DNA of 64,000 nucleotides from Burkholderiaceae bacterium. GTDB lineage: Bacteria; Pseudomonadota; Gammaproteobacteria; Burkholderiales; Burkholderiaceae_C. Made by a program: the position numbers and the translations under genes. The notes beneath the pieces were generated by a model, which was not told the origin of the DNA, did no database searches, and was given only the letters and a program-made list of their open reading frames with translations. Position 1 is the stretch's first letter; each line of letters opens with the position of its first letter. Where the stretch lies: contig JACSRM010000436.1 in the NCBI GenBank assembly GCA_014879745.1, positions 11,577 through 75,576 on the forward strand, given 5' to 3'. Shown here one piece after another: positions 24,907 through 34,440 of the stretch.

Positions 24907-25650
24907 GTGACCCGACGTTCCCCCGATCGCGTCGCGCTCGTCACCGGTGCCGCGCGCGGCCTTGGCCAGGCCTTCGCCGAGCGCCTGGCGCAGGACGGCT
25001 GCCGGCTCGTCCTCGTCGATCGGCTCGACTGCGCCGAGACCCTGGCGCTGGTCGAGCGTGCTGGCGCGCGCGGCCGTGCGGCGTTCTGCGACCTGGCCGA
25101 CACGACGCAGATCGAAAACCTCGGCGCCGACGTTCTCGCGCACGAAGGCCGGGTTGACATCCTCGTCAACAACGCCGCATACCAGCCGCCGATGCCGTGG
25201 GATAAGCTCACGCCGGCGATCCTGCGCCGGATGCTGGCGATCAACACCGAAGCCTCGTTCCTGCTCGCGCAGGCCTTCGCACACGGCATGGCCGAACGCG
25301 GCTGGGGGCGCATCGTCAACCTGGCGTCGAGTTCCGCGTGGGCGCCGCCGCTGGGATTCACGGGCTATATCACGACGAAGATGGCCAACATCGGCATGAC
25401 GCGGTCGCTGGCGAAAGAGCTGGGCGACAAGGGCATCACGGTCAACGCGATCGCCCCCGGACTGACGCGCACGTCGGCCGCAGCGGCCGACGTACCGCAA
25501 TTTGTCTGGGACAAGGTCCGGGAGCAGCAATTGATCCCGCGCGCTGGTGAGCCGCGCGACCAGGTCGGCGCACTGTCGTTCCTGTGCTCCGACGACGCCG
25601 CGTTCGTCACCGGCCAGACCTACCACGTCGACGGCGGCGCCACGCTCTGA
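24907..25650 (+). CDS. short-chain dehydrogenase/reductase (SDR)
   Basis: GTG 24907 preferred (GGAGAAG upstream). VALVTGAARGLG, NNAA, YITTKMA catalytic Y-x3-K. Confidence 0.8.
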   Translation: MTRRSPDRVALVTGAARGLGQAFAERLAQDGCRLVLVDRLDCAETLALVERAGARGRAAFCDLADTTQIENLGADVLAHEGRVDILVNNAAYQPPMPWDKLTPAILRRMLAINTEASFLLAQAFAHGMAERGWGRIVNLASSSAWAPPLGFTGYITTKMANIGMTRSLAKELGDKGITVNAIAPGLTRTSAAAADVPQFVWDKVREQQLIPRAGEPRDQVGALSFLCSDDAAFVTGQTYHVDGGATL

Positions 25651-25701
25651 CGCCCGCAGCAGCGGGTTCGGCAAAGCCGCAGTGTGGGATGCCAGGCGCC
25701 G

Positions 25702-26511
25702 CTACCAGGCGGTGGCGCCGGCGTCGATGTTCACCTCCGACGCCGTGACCCAGCTCGATTCGTCGCTGGCGAGAAACAGCGCCGCCCAGGCGATGTCTTG
25801 CGGTTGTCCAAGGCGCTTGACCATGAACTTGGATAGCACCTGTTCCTCGAAGCCCGGGATATCGGCGAGCGGGCGCGATGTCGCCTCGGTCACCACCAGC
25901 GCCGGGCTGATCGAGTTGACGCGGATGCCGTGCGGGGCGCCCTCCATTGCAAGCTGCCGGCTCATCGCAAGTACCGCCCCCTTGCCCGCGCAATGCGCAA
26001 GCGCAGGCGACAGCGGCAGCGCCATATGCGCGTTCGCCGAAGCGAAGTTGATCACCGAACCGCCGCGCACCTTCAGATGCGGCCACGCGGCCTGGCAGGC
26101 AAGGAAGACGATGTCTGCCTCGCCCGTGAGCGTACGCCGCCAATCGCGCTCGTAGTCCATCGCCTCGAGCCATTGGAAGGCGCCGAAGGCCGCCGCGTTG
26201 ACAAGCACATCGAGGCCGCCGCACCGCTGCACGGTGTGCTCGACGAGTCGGCGCACCTGCGCCGGTTGCGTGAGATCGAGCGGGTGCACGCTGTCGATCG
26301 CATCGCCCTGCGCGCGCGCCGCGTCGACCGTCGCCTGCGCACTGGCCGCGTCGATGTCGCAGCCCACGACGTGTGCGCCCTGCTGCGCGAACAGCAGCGC
26401 GATGCCCCGCCCGATGCCTGCGCCTGTTCCGGTGACCAGCGCCACCTTGCCCGAGAGGCGATCACCGCGCCGGGCGGGCAGCGCGGGCTTGAACTTCCAT
26501 GCAGTCGTCAT
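25702..26511 (-). CDS. short-chain dehydrogenase/reductase (SDR)
   Basis: ATG 26511 (MTTAWKF...). VALVTGTGAGIG. An unusual ...HCAGKGA... sits at the catalytic Y-x3-K position (His/Cys in place of Tyr, by eye). C-terminal ...NIDAGATAW. Confidence 0.75.
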   Translation of the reverse strand: MTTAWKFKPALPARRGDRLSGKVALVTGTGAGIGRGIALLFAQQGAHVVGCDIDAASAQATVDAARAQGDAIDSVHPLDLTQPAQVRRLVEHTVQRCGGLDVLVNAAAFGAFQWLEAMDYERDWRRTLTGEADIVFLACQAAWPHLKVRGGSVINFASANAHMALPLSPALAHCAGKGAVLAMSRQLAMEGAPHGIRVNSISPALVVTEATSRPLADIPGFEEQVLSKFMVKRLGQPQDIAWAALFLASDESSWVTASEVNIDAGATAW

Positions 26512-26660
26512 CGTCTGTTCTCGGTGCGTCAGTGGCGCCGTGCGGTGCGGACTGTATGCGCAATCGCCGCACGCGCACCACGCCTCGGCGAAGTCATTGC
26601 CGCGCGCCCGATCTGCGCCGCGCGCTACACGGGACCAATCCACTCCGCCAGCGATCGTCG

Positions 26661-27893
26661 TTACTCACCCTTGCGCATAAGACCGCTGACCAGCGCGACT
26701 GCGGCAAGAGCACCGAGCACGGCGCCGACCAAGCCCACGGCCTGTGCGCGTTGTCCGCCGCTGACCGACTTCTCGAGCCAGACGATCAGGATCGGGTTCA
26801 GGAACATCCCCAGGAACTGGCACGACTGGAACGCACCGACGCCCATGCCGCGCCGCGACAGCGGCAGGACGCGCATGTTCCAGGTGACCATCGTCGGCAG
26901 CAGGATCCCGCACCCGACGCCGTTGACGAAGCCGGCAGCGGTGAGCGTCGGGTAGTCGGCCGCACCCTTCATCATCCAGAACCCGGCGCCTGCGACGAGC
27001 GCGCCTGCGGTGAGTTGCCAAGCCACGCGCAGTCGCAGCGCCAGCACCCAGCCGAACAGCAACGTGCCGCTGATCACGCCCAAGCTGTTGATGCCGTAGG
27101 CGATGCCGATCCGGGACGGAGACTCGACGCCGATCGAGCCGTACAGATAGCCGAAATGAACCGGCACCGTCAGGAAGACGATGCCCAGCAGCACGCTGAG
27201 CAGACAGATGAAGACGAGCAGCCCGGGACGAAACGCCCCGCTGTCCTTCGCGAGTTGGGCCGGCGTCATGTCCGCGCGTACGCGCGGATCCCAGAGAAAG
27301 ACGGCCATCAGCGGCGCCAGCAGCAGGCTGATCGCGAACACCGCATACGGTGCGCGCCAACCTGCCTCTGCGATCAGGCCGCCCAGGTTGTTCAGCAGGA
27401 ACGCCGACGTTGCCGCGACCGTGGTCTGCAGCGACATCATCCGTTCCCGCCGTGCGCCGTGGTAGTAGTCGCCGATCATCGTCGTGCTGACGGTCATCAA
27501 CACGGCTTCCATGATGCCGAGCGCGAAGCGGCTCGCGATGATGGTGTGCAGCGACTCGAGGTACATCGGCGCGGTGCCGACGACGGCATAGAGCACCGCC
27601 GAGCCGACGAGCAGCCGTTTGCGGCCGAACCGGTCGGCCAACTCACCGGCAAACACCGACAGGCCCGCCATCATCAGCATCGGCGCTGTCATCGTCAACG
27701 GTACCAGGTATTCGGCGCCGGGCACGTCCTTGAAGTGCGCCTGCATCGCCGGTAGGCTCGGCCCGAGGATGGCGGTCACCAGAACGGTGAGACCGCTCGT
27801 CACGAGCAAGATGACGGCGTGGATCAGGCGCGGTTCGCGCGCGTCGGCCTGCAGCGAACCTGCGCCTGCGAGCGTGATCGATGGATGAATCAT
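26661..27893 (-). CDS. MFS transporter
   Basis: ATG 27893 (GAGGGA upstream). About 410 aa with roughly 12 hydrophobic segments. ELADRFGRKRLL loop motif typical of MFS. Confidence 0.85.
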   Translation of the reverse strand: MIHPSITLAGAGSLQADAREPRLIHAVILLVTSGLTVLVTAILGPSLPAMQAHFKDVPGAEYLVPLTMTAPMLMMAGLSVFAGELADRFGRKRLLVGSAVLYAVVGTAPMYLESLHTIIASRFALGIMEAVLMTVSTTMIGDYYHGARRERMMSLQTTVAATSAFLLNNLGGLIAEAGWRAPYAVFAISLLLAPLMAVFLWDPRVRADMTPAQLAKDSGAFRPGLLVFICLLSVLLGIVFLTVPVHFGYLYGSIGVESPSRIGIAYGINSLGVISGTLLFGWVLALRLRVAWQLTAGALVAGAGFWMMKGAADYPTLTAAGFVNGVGCGILLPTMVTWNMRVLPLSRRGMGVGAFQSCQFLGMFLNPILIVWLEKSVSGGQRAQAVGLVGAVLGALAAVALVSGLMRKGE

Positions 27894-28025
27894 GGATGTC
27901 CCTCGCGCCGTGCCGGCGCCGGCGCGTGCAGCGCAGCCCACCGTGGAATGCCGGGGCTGCACGGCGCGGCGCGCCGAGGCCCGAGTGCCTGGAGGGCGAT
28001 CTTATTGACTCGCCGATGTGGGGCG

Positions 28026-28068
28026 GTAATCGATTCTGCGGATGCGTGCCATCGCGGGCGCCCATGTT
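28026..28068. promoter_or_regulatory. four-element operator, site D (GTAATCG-N5-GCGGATG-N5-CATCGCG-N5-ccatgtt)
   Basis: Read directly in the divergent MFS (start 27893) / hydantoinase A (start 28310) region. The first three elements fit the motif and the fourth is poor. Confidence 0.5.
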
Positions 28069-28309
28069 AGGGAATTCCATGAGAGTGCCGGACCGCGAAA
28101 GCGCGACTCCGTAGTCCCGACGCGGGCCCTGAGGCGTCGCCCCGGAACCCTCGCGCGATCGGCGCGCGTGTCGCGCATGGGTTTCGCGCATGCATCGGCG
28201 CTGCGGATAGCTCGACTCTCGATAAACCATTTTTCAATCCGATCGCCGCTCGGTACAAACCGCAACGTCGGGCCGCGACCCGATCATTCATGGCAATCGG
28301 AGACGATCG

Positions 28310-30394
28310 ATGGGATACCGGATTTCAGTGGACAGCGGCGGGACATTCACCGACGGCGTCCTGACCGACGAACACGGCACTGCGCTGATGCGCAAGGCGC
28401 ACACCACGCCGCACGACCCGACTCTGGGCACGCTCGACTGCATCGGCAAGCTCGCCGAGGCGCGCGGCGTGTCGCTCGGCGAACTGCTCGCCCAGACGCA
28501 GTCGGTCGTGCTCGGCACGACGATGGCGACCAACGTCGTCGCCACGCTGTCGGGGCCGCGCATGGGCACGATCGCGACACGCGGCTACCGGCTGCGCATG
28601 GCGTTCCCGCAGGTCTCGAAGGTGGAGTGGCGCGAAGGCCCGCAGGACATGTACGACTTCCGCACCGAGCCGCCGCAGCCGCTGACGCCGTACCACCTGA
28701 TGACGGAAGTCGACGAGCGCGTCGACTTCCGCGGCGAAGTGCTGACGCCGGTCGACGAGGCCGACGTGCGCCGCGCTGCGCGCGAGCTCGCGGCGCAGGA
28801 CGTGAGCACGGTGGCCGTGATGCTGCTGCACTCGCACGTCAATCCGGCGCACGAGCGGCGTGTGGCAGAGATCCTGGCGGAGGAGGCGCCGCAGATGCAG
28901 GTGACGCTGTCGTCGTCGGTGCTGCCGGTGGCCGGCGAGACGGAGCGCTGGGGCACGGCGATGTTCTGCGCCTACATCGCGCCGGTGGTGCGCGCCTTCG
29001 TCGCCAGGATCGGCGGCCTGCTCGAGAAGAACGGCTTCAAGGGCCAGCTGCTCTTCATACAGAGCAACGGCGGCATCGCCACGCCCGAGATCGTGGCCGA
29101 AAACCCGGCCGTGCTGCTGCTGTCGGGCCCCGCGGCGGGCCCGTCGCTCGGGCGCGCGCTCGGCGCCGAGCACGGCTACTCGAACGTGCTGTCGGTCGAC
29201 ATGGGCGGCACCAGCTTCGACATCGGCGTCGTGCACGACGGCACGGTCGACACTGTCAAGCAGAAGATCATCGACGGCAAGAAGTTCGCGCTGCCCTGCG
29301 TCGACGTGACGGCCATCGGCGCCGGCGGCGGCAGCATCGCCTACGTCGATCAGGCCGGGCGGCTGCAGGTCGGCCCCAAGAGCGCCGGCGCCAACCCGGG
29401 TCCGGCGTGCTACGGCAAGGGCGGCGAGCAGCCGACCGTGACCGACGCCAATGTCGTGCTCGGATACATCGACCCGGGCTTCTTCCTCGGCGGCACGACG
29501 AAGCTGCGCAAGGACCTTTCCGAGAAGGTGATCCGCGAGCGCATCGCCGAGCCGCTCGGCCTCTCGGTGCCCGAGGCGGCGGCGGCGATCTACGAAGTGA
29601 TCAACGCCAACATGGCCAGCGGCACCGACGTCGCCTTCGCCAAGCGCGGCTACGACCCGCGCGACTTCGCCCTCGTCGCGGCCGGCGGCGCGGCCGCGGT
29701 GCACGCGGTGCGCATCATGCAGGAGCTGCGCATACGCAAGCTGATCGTGCCCAAGGTCGCGCCGACCTACTGCGCCTACGGCATGCAGTTCTGCGATGTG
29801 CGGCACGACTTCCAGCGCAGCTATCACGCCGAGACCGACAAGGCCGACTGCGAGCGCATCGACGCGCTGCTCGCCGGGATGGAGCGCGAGGCGCGCGACA
29901 CGCTGCGCCGCGAAGGCGTGGCCGAGGCTGCGATGGTGATCCGCCGCTCGATCGAGATGCGCTACTACGGCCAGTTCCGCGAGCGCGCCGCGCCGCTCGC
30001 CGACGGGCCGGTGACGGCCGCGTCGCTGCAGGGTGCGCTGCAGGCGTTCCACCGCGTGCACGAGCAGACGGTGGGCTACTCCGATGCGGCTTATCCGACC
30101 GAGATCGTGCGGCTGCACGTCTCGGGCGGCACCGCGACGCAAGCGCCGAGCCTTCAGCCGGTACCGCCGGCGACGGGCCTGGACGCGGCGCGCAAGGGCC
30201 GGCGCCCGGCCTGGTTCAGCGGCCAGGGCTTCGTCGACACGCCTGTCTATGACGGCGACCGGCTCGGCGCCGGCGCCGTCGTCGAGGGCCCGGCGATCGT
30301 CGAGGAGACCTTCACCACCTTCGTGCTGCCGCCGGGCGCACGCACCCAGGTCGACCGCCACGGTCATTTCGTCACCACTGCGCAGGAGGCCTGA
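28310..30394 (+). CDS. hydantoinase A/oxoprolinase family ATP-dependent hydrolase/carboxylase subunit (HyuA-like)
   Basis: 694 aa. N-terminal ISVDSGGTFTDGV and later ...LSVDMGGTSFDIG... ASKHA-type ATPase motifs. Confidence 0.9.
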   Translation: MGYRISVDSGGTFTDGVLTDEHGTALMRKAHTTPHDPTLGTLDCIGKLAEARGVSLGELLAQTQSVVLGTTMATNVVATLSGPRMGTIATRGYRLRMAFPQVSKVEWREGPQDMYDFRTEPPQPLTPYHLMTEVDERVDFRGEVLTPVDEADVRRAARELAAQDVSTVAVMLLHSHVNPAHERRVAEILAEEAPQMQVTLSSSVLPVAGETERWGTAMFCAYIAPVVRAFVARIGGLLEKNGFKGQLLFIQSNGGIATPEIVAENPAVLLLSGPAAGPSLGRALGAEHGYSNVLSVDMGGTSFDIGVVHDGTVDTVKQKIIDGKKFALPCVDVTAIGAGGGSIAYVDQAGRLQVGPKSAGANPGPACYGKGGEQPTVTDANVVLGYIDPGFFLGGTTKLRKDLSEKVIRERIAEPLGLSVPEAAAAIYEVINANMASGTDVAFAKRGYDPRDFALVAAGGAAAVHAVRIMQELRIRKLIVPKVAPTYCAYGMQFCDVRHDFQRSYHAETDKADCERIDALLAGMEREARDTLRREGVAEAAMVIRRSIEMRYYGQFRERAAPLADGPVTAASLQGALQAFHRVHEQTVGYSDAAYPTEIVRLHVSGGTATQAPSLQPVPPATGLDAARKGRRPAWFSGQGFVDTPVYDGDRLGAGAVVEGPAIVEETFTTFVLPPGARTQVDRHGHFVTTAQEA

Positions 30395-30398
30395 AGCC

Positions 30399-32216
30399 AT
30401 GGCAGCGAACCAAACAAAAGCAGCACGCGCCGACATCGACCCGATCACCTTCTCGGTGGTCTGGAACAAGCTGCAGTACCTGGCCGAGCAGGTCGGCGAG
30501 AAGGTGCTGTACTCGACGCAGTCCTTCGTCACGGCGCTGGCGCGCGACCTGGGCCAGAGCATCCTCGACCCGCGCGGCAAGATCGTCGTCGCCGCGAGCA
30601 GCGCGCCGATCCACGCCATGGTGGCCGAGGAGGCGATCAAGGGCCTGGAATCGAAGTTCCACGGCGACTACCAGCCGGGCGACTTCATCGTCGCCAACGA
30701 CCCCTACATCGTCAAGGGCGGCCACCTGCCCGACTGGAACTTCATCCGCCCATTGTTCTTCGAGGGCGAGCTGCTTGGCTTCTTCCAGGCCAAGACCCAC
30801 GTTAGCGACACCGGCGGCTTCCTGCCCGGCGGCTACGGCGCCGGCGCCTACGACATCATCGCCGAGGGCCTGAACATCCCGCCGATGAAGCTGATCAAGC
30901 GGGGCGTGGTGCAGCAGGATCTGTGGGATCTGGTGCTGCGCAACGTGCGCATGCCCACCGAGCTCGACATGGACACGCGGCTGATCAACGGCTGCATGGC
31001 GCACGCCGAGGAGCAGCTGCAGCACCTGTGCCGCAAGTACGGCGCGGCCACCGTCAAGGCATGCATGGCCGAGATCGTCGCCGCCGGCGAGCGCGCGATG
31101 CGCGCCGAGATCGCGAAGATTCCCGACGGCGTCTACGAGGCCGAGTCGGCCTGCGACTGGGACGGCCACGACGACCGCCAGATCTTCGTGCGCGTCAAGG
31201 CCGTCGTCGACGGCGACTCGCTCACCTTCGACTTCAGCGGCAGCGACAAGCAGGCGACCTTCGTCAACTGCCCGGTGGGTGTCACGATCTGCAGCGCGAT
31301 GGTCGGGCTGTTCTACCTCGTCGACGCCAGTGTGCCTAAGAACGGCGGCGCGTTGAACCCGGTGAAGTTCGTGATGCCCGAGGGCAGCGTCGTCAACCCG
31401 CGCTACCCGGCCACCGTCGGCGCGTCGCAGATCTCGGTTGGCACTCAGATCGTCGAGGCCTGCATGCTCGCCATCGGCAAGGCACTGCCGGATCGCGCGA
31501 TGGCGGCGTGGTCCAAGCACCTGTGCCCGATCAACATCGGCACGATGCCCAACGTGATCGACCCGCGCACGCGCCACGCGCGCAACTACTTCACCGAGAC
31601 CTTCGGCAGCGACGGCGGCAGCGGCGCCGTCAAGCACCACGACGGCTGGCTCGGCGCCGGGTTCCAGAGCGCGTGCGCCAACCTCGTGCGGCCGAATATC
31701 GAGTTCTTCGAGTCGTCGTCGCCCTATCTCGTGACGCACTACGAGGTGCTGCAGGACTGGGAGGGCGCGGGCGAGTTCCGCGGCTCGCCGGGCAGCTACG
31801 TGCGCTTCGTCGCGCGCACCCAGCCCGGCGCGATGTCGCTCTTGATGACGGGCAACAGCGACGGCCAGCGCAGCGCGCCCTCCGGCGTGGCCGGCGGCGG
31901 CAGCGGCCCGTGCGCCGAGATGGAGATCGTCTCGCCCGACGGCAAGCAGCGGCGCGTGCTGCGCACCTTCGAGACCAAGCCCATCTTCCCGGGCGAGGCC
32001 TGCGAGACGCGCAACAGCGGCGGCGGCGGCTGGGGCGACCCGCTGGCGCGCGACGCGCAGAATGTGCGCGCCGACGTGCAGTCGGGCTTCGTGTCGGCGG
32101 GGCGCGCGCGCGACGTCTACGGCGTCGTGCTCGACGCGTCGGGCGGGGCCGTCGACGAAGCCGCGACGCGCCGCCAGCGCGCTGCGCTGCGCGCGGCGGC
32201 GGGAGCGGCGCGTTGA
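30399..32216 (+). CDS. hydantoinase B/oxoprolinase family subunit (HyuB-like)
   Basis: ATG 30399, 4 nt after the HyuA-like stop. ...DPITFSVVWNKLQYLAEQVG..., ...NDPYIVKGGHLPDWN... typical of HyuB. Confidence 0.9.
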   Translation: MAANQTKAARADIDPITFSVVWNKLQYLAEQVGEKVLYSTQSFVTALARDLGQSILDPRGKIVVAASSAPIHAMVAEEAIKGLESKFHGDYQPGDFIVANDPYIVKGGHLPDWNFIRPLFFEGELLGFFQAKTHVSDTGGFLPGGYGAGAYDIIAEGLNIPPMKLIKRGVVQQDLWDLVLRNVRMPTELDMDTRLINGCMAHAEEQLQHLCRKYGAATVKACMAEIVAAGERAMRAEIAKIPDGVYEAESACDWDGHDDRQIFVRVKAVVDGDSLTFDFSGSDKQATFVNCPVGVTICSAMVGLFYLVDASVPKNGGALNPVKFVMPEGSVVNPRYPATVGASQISVGTQIVEACMLAIGKALPDRAMAAWSKHLCPINIGTMPNVIDPRTRHARNYFTETFGSDGGSGAVKHHDGWLGAGFQSACANLVRPNIEFFESSSPYLVTHYEVLQDWEGAGEFRGSPGSYVRFVARTQPGAMSLLMTGNSDGQRSAPSGVAGGGSGPCAEMEIVSPDGKQRRVLRTFETKPIFPGEACETRNSGGGGWGDPLARDAQNVRADVQSGFVSAGRARDVYGVVLDASGGAVDEAATRRQRAALRAAAGAAR

Positions 32217-32875
32217 GTGCGGCGGCCGACGACGCCGTCGCCGCGCTGCGTGCCGAAGTGGCGGCGCTGCGCGCGCGCGTGCAGCAGCTCGAAGACGTCG
32301 AGGCGATCCAGAAGCTGCAGCGCATCTACGGCTACTACGTCGACAAGGGGCTGTGGAGCGAAGTCGTCGCGCTGTTCTCGCCCGACTGCGAGATCGAGAT
32401 CTCGGGCCGCGGCGTCTACCTCGGCACGGCCGGCGCGACGACGGTGTTCTCGCGCCTGATCGGCACGCTGATCGGCCAGCCCGGCGGCGCCGACGGCCTG
32501 ATGCACGGCCGGCTGCACAACCACTTGCAACTGCAGGGCGTGGTGAACGTGGCGCCTGACGGCAGCACAGCCAAGGGCCGCTGGCGCGCACTGATCCAGG
32601 TCGGCGTGATCGGCGAGATGGGTCACTGGGCAGAGGGCCCCTACGAGATGGAGTACGCGAAGCGCGACGACGGCGTGTGGACGATCCGCGTGATGCGTTG
32701 GTTCCCTACCTTCTACACGCCCTACGAAGAGGGCTGGGGCCGCACTGGGCTGCCGATGCCCGGCGTGTCGGCCGAGTTCCCGCCCGACCGGCCGCCGACG
32801 CACGTGTACGAGACCTATCCGAGCGTCTTCGTGCCGCCGTTCCACTACGCCAACCCGTGCAGGAAGAAGACGTAG
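32213..32875 (+). CDS. NTF2-like (SnoaL_4-type) protein with N-terminal coiled-coil-like Ala/Leu/Arg segment
   Basis: In frame with track ORF 31508..32875. The likely TTG start at 32213 overlaps the HyuB stop (TTGA), with GGGAG upstream. ...LEDVEAIQKLQRIYGYYVDKGLWSEVVALFSPD... is the SnoaL_4 signature. The start codon is uncertain. Confidence 0.65.
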   Translation: MSAAADDAVAALRAEVAALRARVQQLEDVEAIQKLQRIYGYYVDKGLWSEVVALFSPDCEIEISGRGVYLGTAGATTVFSRLIGTLIGQPGGADGLMHGRLHNHLQLQGVVNVAPDGSTAKGRWRALIQVGVIGEMGHWAEGPYEMEYAKRDDGVWTIRVMRWFPTFYTPYEEGWGRTGLPMPGVSAEFPPDRPPTHVYETYPSVFVPPFHYANPCRKKT

Positions 32876-32879
32876 CACG

Positions 32880-34436
32880 ATGGCCGTCAGCGACTTCCTC
32901 GAGCGCGGCGCGCGGCTGAACCCCGACGCCGTGTGCATCGTGCAGGGCGAGCGGCGCCATCGCTACCGCGAGGTGCGCGCGCTCGCCTGGCGCGTCGCGC
33001 ACGCGCTGCTGCGCGACGCGGACACGATGGGCATCGCACGCCACGCCGCCATCCTGTGCGGCAACGACGCGACAGGCTTCGCGTGCAGCTTCGGCATCAT
33101 GCGCGCCGGCTGGGCCTACGTGCCGATGGACTTTCGCAACTCGGCCGACGACAACGCGAAGATCCTGGATTTCGGCGACGTCGACCTGCTGTTCTTCCAG
33201 GCCGAATATGCCGAACAGGTGCGCAGGCTGCGCGAGCGCCTGCCGCGGCTGCGTGCGTGCGTCTGCCTCGACGCCGACCTGACCGATTTCGCGAGCCTCG
33301 CGCAGTGGCTCGCCGACGCGCCCGAGAGCGAGCCGCCGGTCGAGGTCGACGCCGCCGCCACGGCCTGGCTGCAGACCGGTTCGGGAACGAGCGGCGACTT
33401 CCGCATGGCGATGCAGCCGCACCGCGCCTATAACGCCTTTGTTGCCTACAGCCTGCTGTGGCTGCCCGACCCGGCGCCGGTGATGCTGGTGGCTGCGCCG
33501 ATCACGCACGCCGCGGGCGGGCTCGCCTATCCGGTGCTGGCGCAGGGCGGCCGGCTCGTGCTGCTCGATCGCCCCGACCCCGGTGCGATGCTCGAGGCGA
33601 TCGAGCGCCACCGCGTCACGCAGCTGTTCCTGCCGCCGACAGTGATCTACCGGCTGATGGCCCACCCCAACGTGCGTCAGCGCGACCTGTCGAGCCTGCG
33701 CTATCTCGCCTTCTCGGCCGCGCCCATGGCGGTGGCCAAGCTGCGCGAGGCCGTCGCGCTGTTCGGGCCGATCGTCGCACAAGGCTACGGCCAGACCGAG
33801 GCGCTGGGCATCACGTGCATGCGCCCCGACGAACTGCTCGCGAGCGACGGCGCCATCGCGCCCGACGCGCGCCTCGCGGCCTGCGGCCGCCCGGCGCTGC
33901 CGTTCTGCCGCGTCATCGTGATGGCCGACGACGGCACGCTCCTGCCCGCGGGTGAGGCGGGCGAGATCTGCGTGCGCGGCGACCAAGTGATGACAGGCTA
34001 CTACAAGAACGAGGCCGCGACGCGCGCCACGCTCGTCGACGGCTGGCTGCACACCGGCGACATCGGGCGCTTTGACGACGCCGGCTACCTGCACATCGTC
34101 GACCGCAAGAAGGACATGATCGTCAGCGGCGGCTTCAACGTCCATTCGGCCGAGATCGAGCAGGCGCTCGCCGAACACCCGGCGGTGCACGAGGCAGCCG
34201 TGATCGGCGTGCCCGACGACGACTGGGGCGAGGCGGTGCGCGCCGTCGTCGTGCTGCGTGCCGGGCACGAGGCGAGCGCCGTCGAGTTGATCGCGCACTG
34301 CAAACGCCGGCTCGGCTCGGTGAAGGCGCCGAAAGCGGTCGACTTCGTCGCCGACCTGCCGCGCAGCGCACGCGGCAAGGTGCTCAAGCGCGTGCTGCGC
34401 GAGCTGCACTGGGCCGGCCGCGAGCGCCAGGTGTAG
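32880..34436 (+). CDS. AMP-dependent synthetase/ligase (acyl-CoA synthetase family)
   Basis: 518 aa. ...LQTGSGTSGDF... (degenerate AMP-binding P-loop), ...GYGQTE..., ...TGDIGRFDDAGYLHIVDRKKDMIVSGGFNV.... Confidence 0.9.
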   Translation: MAVSDFLERGARLNPDAVCIVQGERRHRYREVRALAWRVAHALLRDADTMGIARHAAILCGNDATGFACSFGIMRAGWAYVPMDFRNSADDNAKILDFGDVDLLFFQAEYAEQVRRLRERLPRLRACVCLDADLTDFASLAQWLADAPESEPPVEVDAAATAWLQTGSGTSGDFRMAMQPHRAYNAFVAYSLLWLPDPAPVMLVAAPITHAAGGLAYPVLAQGGRLVLLDRPDPGAMLEAIERHRVTQLFLPPTVIYRLMAHPNVRQRDLSSLRYLAFSAAPMAVAKLREAVALFGPIVAQGYGQTEALGITCMRPDELLASDGAIAPDARLAACGRPALPFCRVIVMADDGTLLPAGEAGEICVRGDQVMTGYYKNEAATRATLVDGWLHTGDIGRFDDAGYLHIVDRKKDMIVSGGFNVHSAEIEQALAEHPAVHEAAVIGVPDDDWGEAVRAVVVLRAGHEASAVELIAHCKRRLGSVKAPKAVDFVADLPRSARGKVLKRVLRELHWAGRERQV

Positions 34437-34440
34437 CCCG

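Noticed and set aside
28325-32591. Very long minus-strand ORFs (28325..30640, 771 aa; 30372..32591, 739 aa) antisense to the hydantoinase genes
   Set aside because: They are Arg/Ala/Gly/His-rich with no recognisable motifs, and they exactly shadow well-supported plus-strand genes. These are typical high-GC antisense open frames.
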